This document shows, piece by piece, positions 31,510 to 41,626 of a DNA stretch of 64,000 nucleotides. The position numbers and the translations under genes were made by a program. The DNA comes from Promethearchaeota archaeon (GTDB lineage: Archaea; Asgardarchaeota; Lokiarchaeia; Sigyniarchaeales; SOKP01). Location of the stretch: positions 64,001-128,000 of the forward strand of contig JAHLWP010000002.1 in the NCBI GenBank assembly GCA_019057865.1, read 5' to 3'. Each line of letters opens with the position of its first letter. The first letter of the stretch is position 1. The notes beneath the pieces were generated by a model. It did no database searches, was not told where the DNA came from, and saw only the letters and a program-made list of their open reading frames with translations.

Positions 31510-31822
31510 TAATTCTTTTATTTAACAGATATATTTAAAGAAAAAGAGAATTAGAAAAATTTACAAATTCAATTAAAGAAAATACAATTATCATGTAAAA
31601 ATTAAAAGAAAGGATGATTTATTACTTATGGAAAAGATGAGTTCAGCAAAGAAGAGTCTATGCAGCACTTCCACCGAAGGATCCAAATTTACAGTGCGTT
31701 AATTCTTTTTTGTAAATTTTTAAGTATTTTCAATACATAATGATTATTAGTACACAATATTTTATATCAAGAAAATCCTAAGATTTTAAAAGAATCCACA
31801 GGAAAAATTTATAGTCAAAGTT

Positions 31823-32248
31823 ATGATAATTGAAATAGCAATCATAGTTTTATTTGGTATTTTTTTACTAACTTATTCTTTAGTGATACGACCTTTACAA
31901 GGGGAATTAATGCTTAATCTATTCATGATCGTTCTTTTAGGAGTAGTTATTATCGGCCTTATTGGCGAATATATTTATAAAAGACGTTTTAAATTAGAGA
32001 GAGTCAATATCATAAATTTATTTAAATCTTCAACCATAGTTGTTAAGTTCCTTGTTGTATTTAGTTTTATTGGCTTAGCAATTGTAGGTATTTCTGTTTA
32101 TGTTAATGTATTTTCATCGATATTTTTCAAATCTGAAAGTTTATCAAAAAATTTAGATGCTTTAAGGGATTTTGGAATTTATTTATTTGCATTCGCAGCA
32201 ATTCCTTTTCTCTTTATGAAAGGTAAAGAGAAAAACAATTCAAAATAA
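31823..32248 (+). CDS. Small 4-TM hypothetical membrane protein
   Basis: Four hydrophobic segments. Confidence 0.7.
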   Translation: MIIEIAIIVLFGIFLLTYSLVIRPLQGELMLNLFMIVLLGVVIIGLIGEYIYKRRFKLERVNIINLFKSSTIVVKFLVVFSFIGLAIVGISVYVNVFSSIFFKSESLSKNLDALRDFGIYLFAFAAIPFLFMKGKEKNNSK

Positions 32249-32272
32249 ATAAGACAGTCATATTGAGAATTA

Positions 32273-32731
32273 ATGAAGATAATTAGAAACTTGAGCCGAA
32301 AATCTGTATTTTCTTTCATTTGTTTGGTTATCATTTCAATACTTACTCTTGTTGTCTTATTGAATTTGTATTTTTTAATAGAAATAATACGAAAAAAAGG
32401 GACTAGTTATCAAGTTCAATTTCAGTCCATAAATTTCCTATTCGAATTATTAATATTATTAGGGGTTGGTTGTTTTCTTCTGATCTTATGGAAGAGATTA
32501 TTTTCAGAGAAGAGAAAGAAGATAGAGCCTAAGTACAAAAGGATTTTTCTAATAATTTTATTAATAGGTGGCTTAATTCTCTTGATATTTATTCCATTAA
32601 CGATAATTTTTTCTACTATTCCATTTGGTTTTGTTTTTAATAGTATTTTGAGGATTGGAATAATTTTATATATGTTTGGTTGGGCGATGTTATTAGCTGA
32701 TAAAATAGAAAAACAAAAAATGGAAACATGA
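32273..32731 (+). CDS. Small 4-TM hypothetical membrane protein
   Basis: Four hydrophobic segments, same topology as the upstream gene. Confidence 0.7.
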   Translation: MKIIRNLSRKSVFSFICLVIISILTLVVLLNLYFLIEIIRKKGTSYQVQFQSINFLFELLILLGVGCFLLILWKRLFSEKRKKIEPKYKRIFLIILLIGGLILLIFIPLTIIFSTIPFGFVFNSILRIGIILYMFGWAMLLADKIEKQKMET

Positions 32732-32819
32732 TTGATATATAGTATTATTTTAACAATTGAATAAAATTAAATTAATTTATAACCGAAAAAAAAATGTCCT
32801 CTGAACAGAATTCTCATTT

Positions 32820-35081
32820 TTACCTGCGCTTTTTAATTTGATATATTGATACCGAGCAAATAAGAGCAATAATTATGAATATTTCAAATATAAAGATATT
32901 TTTCATTATAGAATTATGATTTGAATTATTATCTTCACTCATTAGACGATCATCATACTTAAATATATAGAGTGTGGTCCATGATGCACTATTTCCAGCA
33001 TTATCTATTGTACATGCTCTCAAGTAATAAATCCCAGTATTAACTGCTGGAGGATTAAAAATTGGATGTATAGTAAAATTATTGGATGTTCCATTAAGAT
33101 CAGTACCCCAATAATAATAGTATCCGGCTACACCTGAGTGAGAATCTAACCCATCGCCCCAAATGAAAAAGGGATCATTTACTAAGCCTTGCCAAATATC
33201 ACTTTTAGTAGAGCCAGCTAGTTGATCGCATGTTGTAGGATTTAGAGGAGCTATATTATCGAATTTAAAAGTGTAAAGCGTAGTCCATGATGCATTATTT
33301 TCTGCGTTATCTTTTGCTAGAATCCTTAGATAATACGTTCCCGAACTAACTGTTGGAGCATTAAAGCTTTCCAATGAAGTAAAGGAGGATGATATTCCGT
33401 TAGGATCAGTTCCCCAATAATAAAAATATCCTGCTATATTGGATTGAGCATCAGAAGCCCCACTCCAATTAAAATAAGGATCGTTTATAGTATTTTGCCA
33501 GATATTATTTTTTGTAGATCCTTCTAATTGGTCACACATTGTTGGGTTTATAGGTGGTGTATCATCATACTTAAAGACGTAGAGACTTTTCCATGATGCA
33601 TTATTTCCAATACTATCTTGAGTTTTTACTCGTAGATAATATATACCTGAGCTAACTGCTGGTGGATCATAACTTGAAGATGTGGTAAAAGAATTTGATG
33701 TTCCATTAGGATCAGGTCCCCAGTAATAATAATAACCTTTAACATTTGTATGAACATCTGAAGCACCATTCCAGCTGAAGGAAGGATTGTTTACCGAACC
33801 TTGCCATACATTATTCTCTGTCGAACCTTCTAATTGTACGCACGATGTAGGATTTAATGGAGGAGTAGCATCAATTAAAATCTTAGTGGGTGATATATAG
33901 TTTATATTATTGTCTTCATTGAATTCATCGATATCATTATTAATATCTAGAATTCTACCAATGTAATATCTTCCACTTGGCACATTTTCAGGAAAAATCC
34001 CTGACCAACCTGAAATTTTATATTTTGTAGGAGAAATTGAAAATATAGGTTCAATCCCTAGTAGATAATCCTCCTCTGAAAAAATAGTATCATTTGAAGC
34101 ATAATATGAAATAGTAAAAGACTCTGATGAGACTGTTCCTACATTATGAACTTCGCACCACGTTTTAAAATGTGTTATCCCAGCCCCAACAGTTGTAGTA
34201 TTGAAGCTGGCATAGTTATTAGTTCCAGAAGCTAAATCAGGTTTATTAATGGATGTCTCATCAGCAAAGATCCAATTATTTATGGCATATAACTTATTTT
34301 GATTTATTGTTGTTCCATGATTACTGCCAGAACCATCATCACCGCATGTATGGACAGAGAGGATAAATGGATCAGTTCCGTTATCGAACCAAACAGGAGC
34401 TCCACTCATACCTCCTTCTGTATCCAAATAATACCAATGATTATTTTCAGTTGCAATACGTCCACTTTCATAGCACCAGTACATATTTTGTCCACTATCT
34501 AAATCGTAAGGATAACCAGCTATGTTAAGAGCTCCTCTATAGACTGAATCTGATGTTTCTCCAGAATATAATTCCATCCATCCTGTTTGCAGACCAATAT
34601 CTTGGTCAAGGGTTAAAAGCGCCAAATCATATTGAGTGTATTCACTTTCTATCCAATAAGTATATGTTCGCATATTAATCACCCAAGTATACCCATAAGG
34701 CTCATTTCCATTATCAACAGCTGGTGAAACTTTTATTGAGTCAGCCCATCCACCAAGAGAATTTTGATATACACAGTGTCCAGCAGTCAGCACATGATTT
34801 TTATCGATTATCACGCCTGAACCAATATAATTCGAGCCTCCCCAAGTTATGCGTAGTTTTACAATTGTACTCCATGGATAAGAGGTTGTTGGAGTTATTC
34901 TTACTCTATCATCATCTCCAAGTACATTGGATAAGAACAAAATATTTTCATTTTTATTATTTGAATTTACTGTCTTGATACTGATTGTAGATGGAATATA
35001 TGTAAAAACAACTATAAAAATAATTATTAAGACAAAATTTCTTTTACTATACTTGATTTTCAAATTGTTATGCTCCAACAA
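32820..35081 (-). CDS. Surface-anchored trypsin-like (V8-type) serine protease with CARDB-like domain and 3 Ig/FN3-like repeats
   Basis: N-terminal signal/TM; LTAGHC, YDLALL, GGMSGAP catalytic triad; E.NEDNN motif; C-terminal TM. Confidence 0.88.
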   Translation of the reverse strand: MLEHNNLKIKYSKRNFVLIIIFIVVFTYIPSTISIKTVNSNNKNENILFLSNVLGDDDRVRITPTTSYPWSTIVKLRITWGGSNYIGSGVIIDKNHVLTAGHCVYQNSLGGWADSIKVSPAVDNGNEPYGYTWVINMRTYTYWIESEYTQYDLALLTLDQDIGLQTGWMELYSGETSDSVYRGALNIAGYPYDLDSGQNMYWCYESGRIATENNHWYYLDTEGGMSGAPVWFDNGTDPFILSVHTCGDDGSGSNHGTTINQNKLYAINNWIFADETSINKPDLASGTNNYASFNTTTVGAGITHFKTWCEVHNVGTVSSESFTISYYASNDTIFSEEDYLLGIEPIFSISPTKYKISGWSGIFPENVPSGRYYIGRILDINNDIDEFNEDNNINYISPTKILIDATPPLNPTSCVQLEGSTENNVWQGSVNNPSFSWNGASDVHTNVKGYYYYWGPDPNGTSNSFTTSSSYDPPAVSSGIYYLRVKTQDSIGNNASWKSLYVFKYDDTPPINPTMCDQLEGSTKNNIWQNTINDPYFNWSGASDAQSNIAGYFYYWGTDPNGISSSFTSLESFNAPTVSSGTYYLRILAKDNAENNASWTTLYTFKFDNIAPLNPTTCDQLAGSTKSDIWQGLVNDPFFIWGDGLDSHSGVAGYYYYWGTDLNGTSNNFTIHPIFNPPAVNTGIYYLRACTIDNAGNSASWTTLYIFKYDDRLMSEDNNSNHNSIMKNIFIFEIFIIIALICSVSIYQIKKRR
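32955..33872 (-). repeat. Three 306-bp intragenic repeats (102-aa Ig/FN3-like domains)
   Basis: DATPPLNPTSC / DDTPPINPTMC / DNIAPLNPTTC spaced exactly 306 bp apart. Confidence 0.9.
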
Positions 35082-35167
35082 GACTTCTTATATCCTTCTT
35101 TTCTATATTAAGACATAAAAAGTAAACACAAAGAGGAATAAAAAAAAAATAAAAGTATGAATTCCTG

Positions 35168-38100
35168 TTAATCCCAATCTTTAAAAGCCGAATCCTTTAA
35201 ATCATTAAAGTCTCCATTGGATCCGGTTTTACATACTTCTTTTTTAACCTTTTCGCCTTGATCTATTTGTTTTTCCTTTTTTCTTTCTCCTTTAACCCAT
35301 CTTCCACCTTTAACTGTTGCCACCATAATAGAAGCTGATATTGCTACGCTCAAACCTGCTAAGATTGTGCCACTCACTTTAAGCTTAAAAGGATCTGGTT
35401 CTGAAATCGTTTGTAGGTATGATAGTATATTTTGACCATTTGGATAATAATCATCAACGATAATAATATTAAAAAAGTATTTTCCTAATCCATTGTATCC
35501 ATAGGTTAGAGTAAATTTTGAATGGCTTATGTAATCTTTTCGACTGAAATTTAAAGTTATAAGATCTTGGTCATCTTTTAAAATATCAATAGATAATGTC
35601 GAATTATAAACTGGTTGAAATCCCGAGTTGAATTTCCGAGATATGTTTATTTCAAAGTTAATCCATTCCTTATCCTTTAAAATTGTATAATTAACAATTT
35701 GTTCAAACTCAGTTTGAAAGAATACCGGAGTCTGACCAATTACTTTTGAACCTTCATATACCTTTATATCCCCCTCAACATAAGGATAATAGTTAGGATC
35801 TTCTGGAATCATCAAATTTAATTGATAAGTTTTATCGAATTGTCTCTCAAGGATTAAAACGCCAAACTGGATGCTTTCGAATTTAACAGAAGTATAAGGA
35901 CCAAAGTTGGATAGAATTATATTACTAAAAGATGTTGAAATTGTATTAACACTTCCTAAATTAATCGATTCATCATATTCGCATATAAATTTTAATTCAC
36001 TATTTTTTGCCATTTCACAAATCCATAGAAGAATCTCTTGCTTAATCATTTGGTGATCAGAACTTATATAAAACTCATTCAAATCCTCTGAATATAGTGA
36101 TTTAACTAAATCCCCCGTTAATTCAAGGTTAAAATCAATCTCCAAATCCAAAATTTCTGAAATTTTATAAGAATAATAGATATTGTTTATATTATCATAA
36201 TTTATGTTTTGGAGAACATAATCTTTGATCTTTTGACTGTTTAAATCATAAAGATCCAGTGCTTTTAGAATATAGATCATGTAATAAGTATTTTGTAAGA
36301 TAATATCGACATTGGAAGTGTATCGAGGATCAAAATAGAGTGTGGAAGAGGTTTCAATGATATTTCTTTCAATATATCCATATAGTGCTCCTTTATCAAA
36401 AGATAAATTAACTATACTTCCTAAATTCAGATGGTTAACTAGCACTTCTAACGATTTTGTGGCATAATAGGAGTATTTAAAGAATATCTTCTTTATTTGG
36501 CTTTCATATGAAAAGAAGGAATTTCCACGCATAGGTAAAAATGCTCCGTAATATTCTGGATAAGAATCGCTTAGAAACTGTGATTGTATTATATCATTAA
36601 TCAGAATTTCTAGTCCAAATTCTCCCTTAAAGTCATCCAATTTAAATAGCTTATTCATTGAATCTAAGGCAAAAAAGAGCGATTTAAAAGTCATTACCAT
36701 ATCAATTTCGGTAATATAATTACGATGTCCTATATTATAGTATTCAATAGGACGAGAACGAAATCCAGGCATCAGAGGATCAGCATTTATATAATCTAGA
36801 AACCCATACCAATATTCAGGATAATCATATTGTCTGAAACATTCCTTTATGACTAAATAAAGATTTTGTATATCCAAATCTGATATTCGATCAAACAATT
36901 GAAATGATGATACAATTGTATTGATAAGCTTTAGAGAGGTATATTCTTTAGAAGTAAGTGAAAAGCCCTTAAACTGATAAAAATTTTTAACTGCATTAGC
37001 AATTTGAATTTTTTCAGAAGAAGTTAAGGTAGAAATTGTACCTGTGGAGTTTAAAGACCGAATAATCTGGAATGTGTCGATTAACTCATACATGGTAACT
37101 GTTGTTGAGGAATCCCATATACTAAGATGATTTCTGTGGTTTAATATAAAGTTAAGTACAGCATTTTGATTTATACTTGAATATCCTGTTGTTAGAGAAA
37201 GATCTAAGCCAATTGCAGTAGCAACAATATTAGTATAGTTATGATCCAGCTTAGACATTTCAAAATAATTTTCATTTATAATATATAACTCATTGAGAAA
37301 TTGATGAAAACTTACCTTATTAATGGTGGCTCCCATTTCAAATACTTCTAAAGTTTTAATACAATAGTAAGAAGAAAGAAGGCTGGGTTCTTTAGTTGGA
37401 GCTAAACTGTCAAATGTATTATTGTTATCATTAGGAAAACCTCCATATCTCCAATTAGTGCTTATTGAATCTTGTAGGTCATTTATATATTGTATTACCT
37501 CATTTTTACTAGCTGTATAACTACTCCAATCATCCATTAACAAGTCTAATGTCATCACTGCAAAGTATGTATTATCCATAGTAGAAATTTTAAAGTAATT
37601 GTCTAAATCCACATTGTAGGGTTGTCCAATAAATCCACTTGAGACTGGATTGTAACAACTCCAAATGAAATCGATTGATTTTTGGATGTCAATTAAATCC
37701 AACTTATTTAATAAATCTAAGGATAAAACAGCATAACAATTAACTTCAAGAAGCGTAGCAAGAGAATAATATGTACGTGAGAAATCTGTGTCCAAGTATC
37801 TATAAGCATATTTATCATAGAAAATATTAGTATTATTATCATAGCAAGACATTATGAACTCTATTGTATCATTTACATTAACCTGATCTAACTGTTCAAT
37901 GATTTCATATATATAAAGTGCATAAAATGTTGCTTGCAAGGATGGTTCATATACTTGCGGAAAATATCCTAAAGAGGAATAATCTGATAATTTATCTGAA
38001 AACATCTCTTGAATTATATCATAGTTAGTTTTTGAAGCAGAGATGATTGGCTTATTATTAATCTCATTTTTTATATCAATCTGCTCATTTTGAATAAATT

Positions 38101-38206
38101 CTTGGCGAAACCGGGTATCTTGACCTAAATTTCCCTCAATTAAAAATATTGAACTGATACACATTAGAAAACAAAAGCAAAACAAAACTTTTTGAACTCT
38201 TTTCAA
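35168..38206 (-). CDS. Large secreted/membrane-anchored prenyltransferase-like alpha-alpha toroid repeat protein
   Basis: Signal peptide; repeats such as ATFYALYIY, FIWSCYN..SGF, NTYFAV.TL, YGGF; C-terminal TM. Confidence 0.7.
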   Translation of the reverse strand: MKRVQKVLFCFCFLMCISSIFLIEGNLGQDTRFRQEFIQNEQIDIKNEINNKPIISASKTNYDIIQEMFSDKLSDYSSLGYFPQVYEPSLQATFYALYIYEIIEQLDQVNVNDTIEFIMSCYDNNTNIFYDKYAYRYLDTDFSRTYYSLATLLEVNCYAVLSLDLLNKLDLIDIQKSIDFIWSCYNPVSSGFIGQPYNVDLDNYFKISTMDNTYFAVMTLDLLMDDWSSYTASKNEVIQYINDLQDSISTNWRYGGFPNDNNNTFDSLAPTKEPSLLSSYYCIKTLEVFEMGATINKVSFHQFLNELYIINENYFEMSKLDHNYTNIVATAIGLDLSLTTGYSSINQNAVLNFILNHRNHLSIWDSSTTVTMYELIDTFQIIRSLNSTGTISTLTSSEKIQIANAVKNFYQFKGFSLTSKEYTSLKLINTIVSSFQLFDRISDLDIQNLYLVIKECFRQYDYPEYWYGFLDYINADPLMPGFRSRPIEYYNIGHRNYITEIDMVMTFKSLFFALDSMNKLFKLDDFKGEFGLEILINDIIQSQFLSDSYPEYYGAFLPMRGNSFFSYESQIKKIFFKYSYYATKSLEVLVNHLNLGSIVNLSFDKGALYGYIERNIIETSSTLYFDPRYTSNVDIILQNTYYMIYILKALDLYDLNSQKIKDYVLQNINYDNINNIYYSYKISEILDLEIDFNLELTGDLVKSLYSEDLNEFYISSDHQMIKQEILLWICEMAKNSELKFICEYDESINLGSVNTISTSFSNIILSNFGPYTSVKFESIQFGVLILERQFDKTYQLNLMIPEDPNYYPYVEGDIKVYEGSKVIGQTPVFFQTEFEQIVNYTILKDKEWINFEINISRKFNSGFQPVYNSTLSIDILKDDQDLITLNFSRKDYISHSKFTLTYGYNGLGKYFFNIIIVDDYYPNGQNILSYLQTISEPDPFKLKVSGTILAGLSVAISASIMVATVKGGRWVKGERKKEKQIDQGEKVKKEVCKTGSNGDFNDLKDSAFKDWD

Positions 38207-38221
38207 TTTTTACATCACCAT

Positions 38222-38566
38222 TTAGATATCATCTATTATGCCTATAATTGCGCCAATAAAGACCAAAATACCAGGTAAAATTTTACAGAAAATGAAAAGT
38301 AGTACCCCAAATACAATAAGGGTAAGCCAATGCCATGGTATGGGATCATCAGGTTTCATTGTAACTAGAAATGTTAAAGTAGCGGTTATCATTCCAATAA
38401 TAATACCATTAACTCCGTTTATGCTGAAACCTATGGGCCATATAGTAAATTTCTCAGTATTTAAGAGAGTAAAAAAGCAAAATATAAATCCTAAGAGTGC
38501 TCCAAAGGCTGTACAAAACTTTATTATTTTATTATGTTTGTAGTTTTTTACCATTTTTAGAATCAT
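38222..38566 (-). CDS. Small membrane protein
   Basis: Hydrophobic 114-aa ORF co-oriented with the toroid-protein gene. Confidence 0.7.
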   Translation of the reverse strand: MILKMVKNYKHNKIIKFCTAFGALLGFIFCFFTLLNTEKFTIWPIGFSINGVNGIIIGMITATLTFLVTMKPDDPIPWHWLTLIVFGVLLFIFCKILPGILVFIGAIIGIIDDI

Positions 38567-38830
38567 TTTTAAATTTAATTTTTCTGAAAAAGATATTCAA
38601 CTCAGTATATTTAAATAAAAAATATGAATAAAAAATCCAAACAAGAATTAATTGTCTTTCTCAATTCTATCTATGAAACCTTATAATTTTTTATCTAAAT
38701 CATAAGACTCTATTAATTTAAAAGAAAAACCATGTTTTAATAACCACAATTAACTCTTTATTAACCAGATTTAAAAACTAGTTATTGTTATTTATTATAG
38801 TACTTTTACATTTTTGGAAATCTAGTCATT

Positions 38831-39661
38831 ATGAGCTGGGAAAAGAAAAAATTTTTAATTGTTGTAAAAGCTTATCCAGAAAGGAGTGGTTCATACGGTT
38901 CTACTATTTGTATGGCAGGTCTAACTGAAGATAATGAGTGGATTCGAATCTATCCTGTAGTTTTTGACTATTACATTAAAAAGCTCAAATTTGAAAAATT
39001 TACGTGGATTGAAGCAGAAATTAGGAAAGCTAAGGAGAAACTGAAGAGAAAAGAGAGTTATAAAGTTAATATGGATTCAATTAGAGTAGTGGATACATCA
39101 TTAGTATTAAAAGGAAAAACTGAAAAAGAAAAAAGAAAAATCTGGTCTAAAAGACGTGAAATAATAAATAATAATTTAAGTTCTTCAATTTATGAATTGA
39201 AAGAAAATTGGAAAAAAAATAACTTATCCCTAGGAGTAATAAAACCTAAACTAATTGATTTGCATTTTAGAAAACCAATAGATGATATAAAAATAGAGCA
39301 TGAGAAATTAATTCAAAAGACTCTCGATGGAAAAAAAATATCAGTAGCGGATCAAATTGAGCATAAAATAAGTTATAAATTTAAATGTCAAGATTCAAAA
39401 TGTTCATGTAATTATACAAAAAAAAAGCACCATAATATTATTTGTGAAGACTGGGAATTGGGTGAATCATTAAGAACTTGGGATTACTCTTCAGAGGAAA
39501 AAGAAATGAAAATAAGGCAAAAGTATTTTGATGAGATGAAAATTAAGAGAGATTTATATTTCTTTATGGGAATGTATTCTCAATTTACTACATGGTTAAT
39601 CATAGGTTTGTTTTATCCACCAAAAATTGGTGAAGGAATTGGACTTTCAAGATTTATATGA
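38831..39661 (+). CDS. Conserved protein of the dual-OB-like family found with DUF488
   Basis: VKAYP.RS..YG..ICMAG...WIRIYPV, RKESY, SLGVIKP, YKFKC..C..H...EDWE, LYFFMG, FYPP. Confidence 0.65.
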   Translation: MSWEKKKFLIVVKAYPERSGSYGSTICMAGLTEDNEWIRIYPVVFDYYIKKLKFEKFTWIEAEIRKAKEKLKRKESYKVNMDSIRVVDTSLVLKGKTEKEKRKIWSKRREIINNNLSSSIYELKENWKKNNLSLGVIKPKLIDLHFRKPIDDIKIEHEKLIQKTLDGKKISVADQIEHKISYKFKCQDSKCSCNYTKKKHHNIICEDWELGESLRTWDYSSEEKEMKIRQKYFDEMKIKRDLYFFMGMYSQFTTWLIIGLFYPPKIGEGIGLSRFI

Positions 39662-39734
39662 GAAAATATAGAAGGATTTTTTATTTTTAAATAATTGGAA
39701 TATAAGATCAGAAAAGAATAAAATAGTATGAAAA

Positions 39735-40802
39735 ATGAAAATTAAAATTTCAAAAATAAATGTTGGTAAACACTCAATAAGAGATAGTATAGATGCGAAT
39801 CACGTTAAAGAAATTAAGAATAGTTTTAAAATAGATGGACAGTGGGATCCAATAATTGTTAGACCAGATATAAACGGAAATTACGATTTAGTTGCTGGAC
39901 ATTATCGTTTACAAGCGGCAAAAGAATTAAGATGGAATGAAATTGAAGCCACTATAAAAGATTTAGAAGATATCGATGCGGATGTTTTATCTTTAAAGAC
40001 CAATTTAATGCATTCAGAAATGAGCCCAACTGAGAAAGGAAAGGTAATTAATAAACTAATAACTACTTATGGAATTTCTCAGAAAGATCTTTCATTCAAA
40101 CTTGGAATAAGTCAAGCACAAGTTAGTAAGTTATTAACTTTAGCTCTATCTTTACATAAATCAGTTGTTGATTCTTTGAACTCTGGAAAAATTAACTATG
40201 GTGTTGCTTCTGTAATTGGTAGCTTAGACCCTAACCAACAGCCAAGTTTTCTTAAAATTATTACAGAGAGGAAAATTACTCAACCATCAGAAGCAAGCAC
40301 ACTAAAAGCTAAATTTTTAAACAACACAATTTATACTATTGGATATCAAGGAAAAAATCTAGATTCTTTACTAGAAATTTTAAAAGAAACTAAGATTGAC
40401 GTTCTTATTGATATTAGAGAATCTGGTAAAAGTAGTAATAAACCAGAATTTAATTCAGAAATATTAAAAAGAGAATTTCAGAAGATTAATATAAAATATA
40501 TACATAAATCTGAGTTAGGAGTTATATATCAGATTAGAACACCATATATAGAGGAATACATTGATGACAAAGCTTTTAAGGGATGGTATAGATGGCATTT
40601 AAAAGATATTGAATTCGATATCTCAGAATTCATAAAATTCCTTAAAAATAATGGAAGTACTTGTTTAATGTGCATGGAGGAATATGCAAAACCAATTAAA
40701 GCTCAAAAATATTATTGTCATAGAGATTTTCTAGCTGATCTCATAATAAATCATAAATCTGAAGATCCTCTGCTTAAATTTGAAAATAGAATAGATCTAT
40801 AG
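39735..40802 (+). CDS. ParB/Srx + HTH + DUF488 fusion protein
   Basis: PIIVR...LVAGHYRLQA (ParB), SQKDLSFKLGISQAQVSKLL (HTH), IYTIGY..DVLIDIR..ELG..CLMCME..CHR (DUF488). Confidence 0.85.
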   Translation: MKIKISKINVGKHSIRDSIDANHVKEIKNSFKIDGQWDPIIVRPDINGNYDLVAGHYRLQAAKELRWNEIEATIKDLEDIDADVLSLKTNLMHSEMSPTEKGKVINKLITTYGISQKDLSFKLGISQAQVSKLLTLALSLHKSVVDSLNSGKINYGVASVIGSLDPNQQPSFLKIITERKITQPSEASTLKAKFLNNTIYTIGYQGKNLDSLLEILKETKIDVLIDIRESGKSSNKPEFNSEILKREFQKINIKYIHKSELGVIYQIRTPYIEEYIDDKAFKGWYRWHLKDIEFDISEFIKFLKNNGSTCLMCMEEYAKPIKAQKYYCHRDFLADLIINHKSEDPLLKFENRIDL

Positions 40803-40923
40803 ACTTTAAAAATAAAATCTCTTATTGGGAATTTTAATATGGAGTTCAATAAATTTATTTATAAGATTAATACTACCATTCATTTTTATCTTGTTTAAGA
40901 TTAATGGAATTTTCTTGGTTATA

Positions 40924-41394
40924 TTATACGTTATTGCTTTCCCAATAAGTTTTATGGTAGTTGTTTTTATACCTATCTTTTTCACTTCTAGCTACAAAGT
41001 AAGCTAAGATAAAACCAACAAGAACAAGTAATCCGCAAAATATTAGTAAAAACCCATTAAAAATTCCCTCAGATCCTTTAATAATCAAAATTGCTATTCC
41101 TAATTCTAATGGTAGAACTGAAAGAAAACTAAATGCTCCACCTATGTAAAACACATGCTCCCACTTAATTTTCCTTTCTTTTTCTGATTGAGTAAAATTA
41201 TAATATAATAGAGTTAGTATGAATACAATTCCTATCTGTAAGAAATAAAAACCAAAAAAGAATAATAAAAATTTATCAATGAGAGTTAATCCTTTTAAAT
41301 AAAATAAAGAAGAAAATAGTAAAAAACTAATAATAAAGAAGGAGACCAGAAATAAATAATAAAATACTTTACTTTTAACATCGTGAAAAATCAT
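40924..41394 (-). CDS. 4-TM hypothetical membrane protein (cassette 3)
   Basis: Hydrophobic ORF directly downstream of repeat copy B. Confidence 0.7.
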   Translation of the reverse strand: MIFHDVKSKVFYYLFLVSFFIISFLLFSSLFYLKGLTLIDKFLLFFFGFYFLQIGIVFILTLLYYNFTQSEKERKIKWEHVFYIGGAFSFLSVLPLELGIAILIIKGSEGIFNGFLLIFCGLLVLVGFILAYFVARSEKDRYKNNYHKTYWESNNV

Positions 41395-41443
41395 CTATAT
41401 ATAATACTAGTACTAATTCTAATATTAAAATATGATATTTCCC

Positions 41444-41578
41444 TTAATGATCTTCCTCTTCACCGTTACCCTCAAGTATTTCATTTACAAATTTCTCAAA
41501 TCTATCAAAACCCTCTGAATCAGCATCAGTAGAACTTAAAGTTTCCTTTTTCTCTTTAGGAATTGAATTCTTGAGCAT
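41444..41578 (-). repeat. Repeat copy B: 44-codon ORF matching the 3' half of the 43174-43383 gene
   Basis: MLKNSIPKEKKETLSSTDADSEGFDRFEKFVNEILEGNGEEEDH*; 41514-41572 matches 43235-43293 at 57/59 nt. Confidence 0.88.
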
Positions 41579-41626
41579 TCATGCTTAATTTAAATTTATA
41601 AGTAATTTTTAAAATCCTTTTTTATA

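Noticed and set aside
40825-41007. 60-aa hydrophobic plus-strand ORF
   Set aside because: It overlaps the 3' end of 40924-41394. It may be a membrane-gene remnant marking the array boundary, but cannot be supported as a gene.
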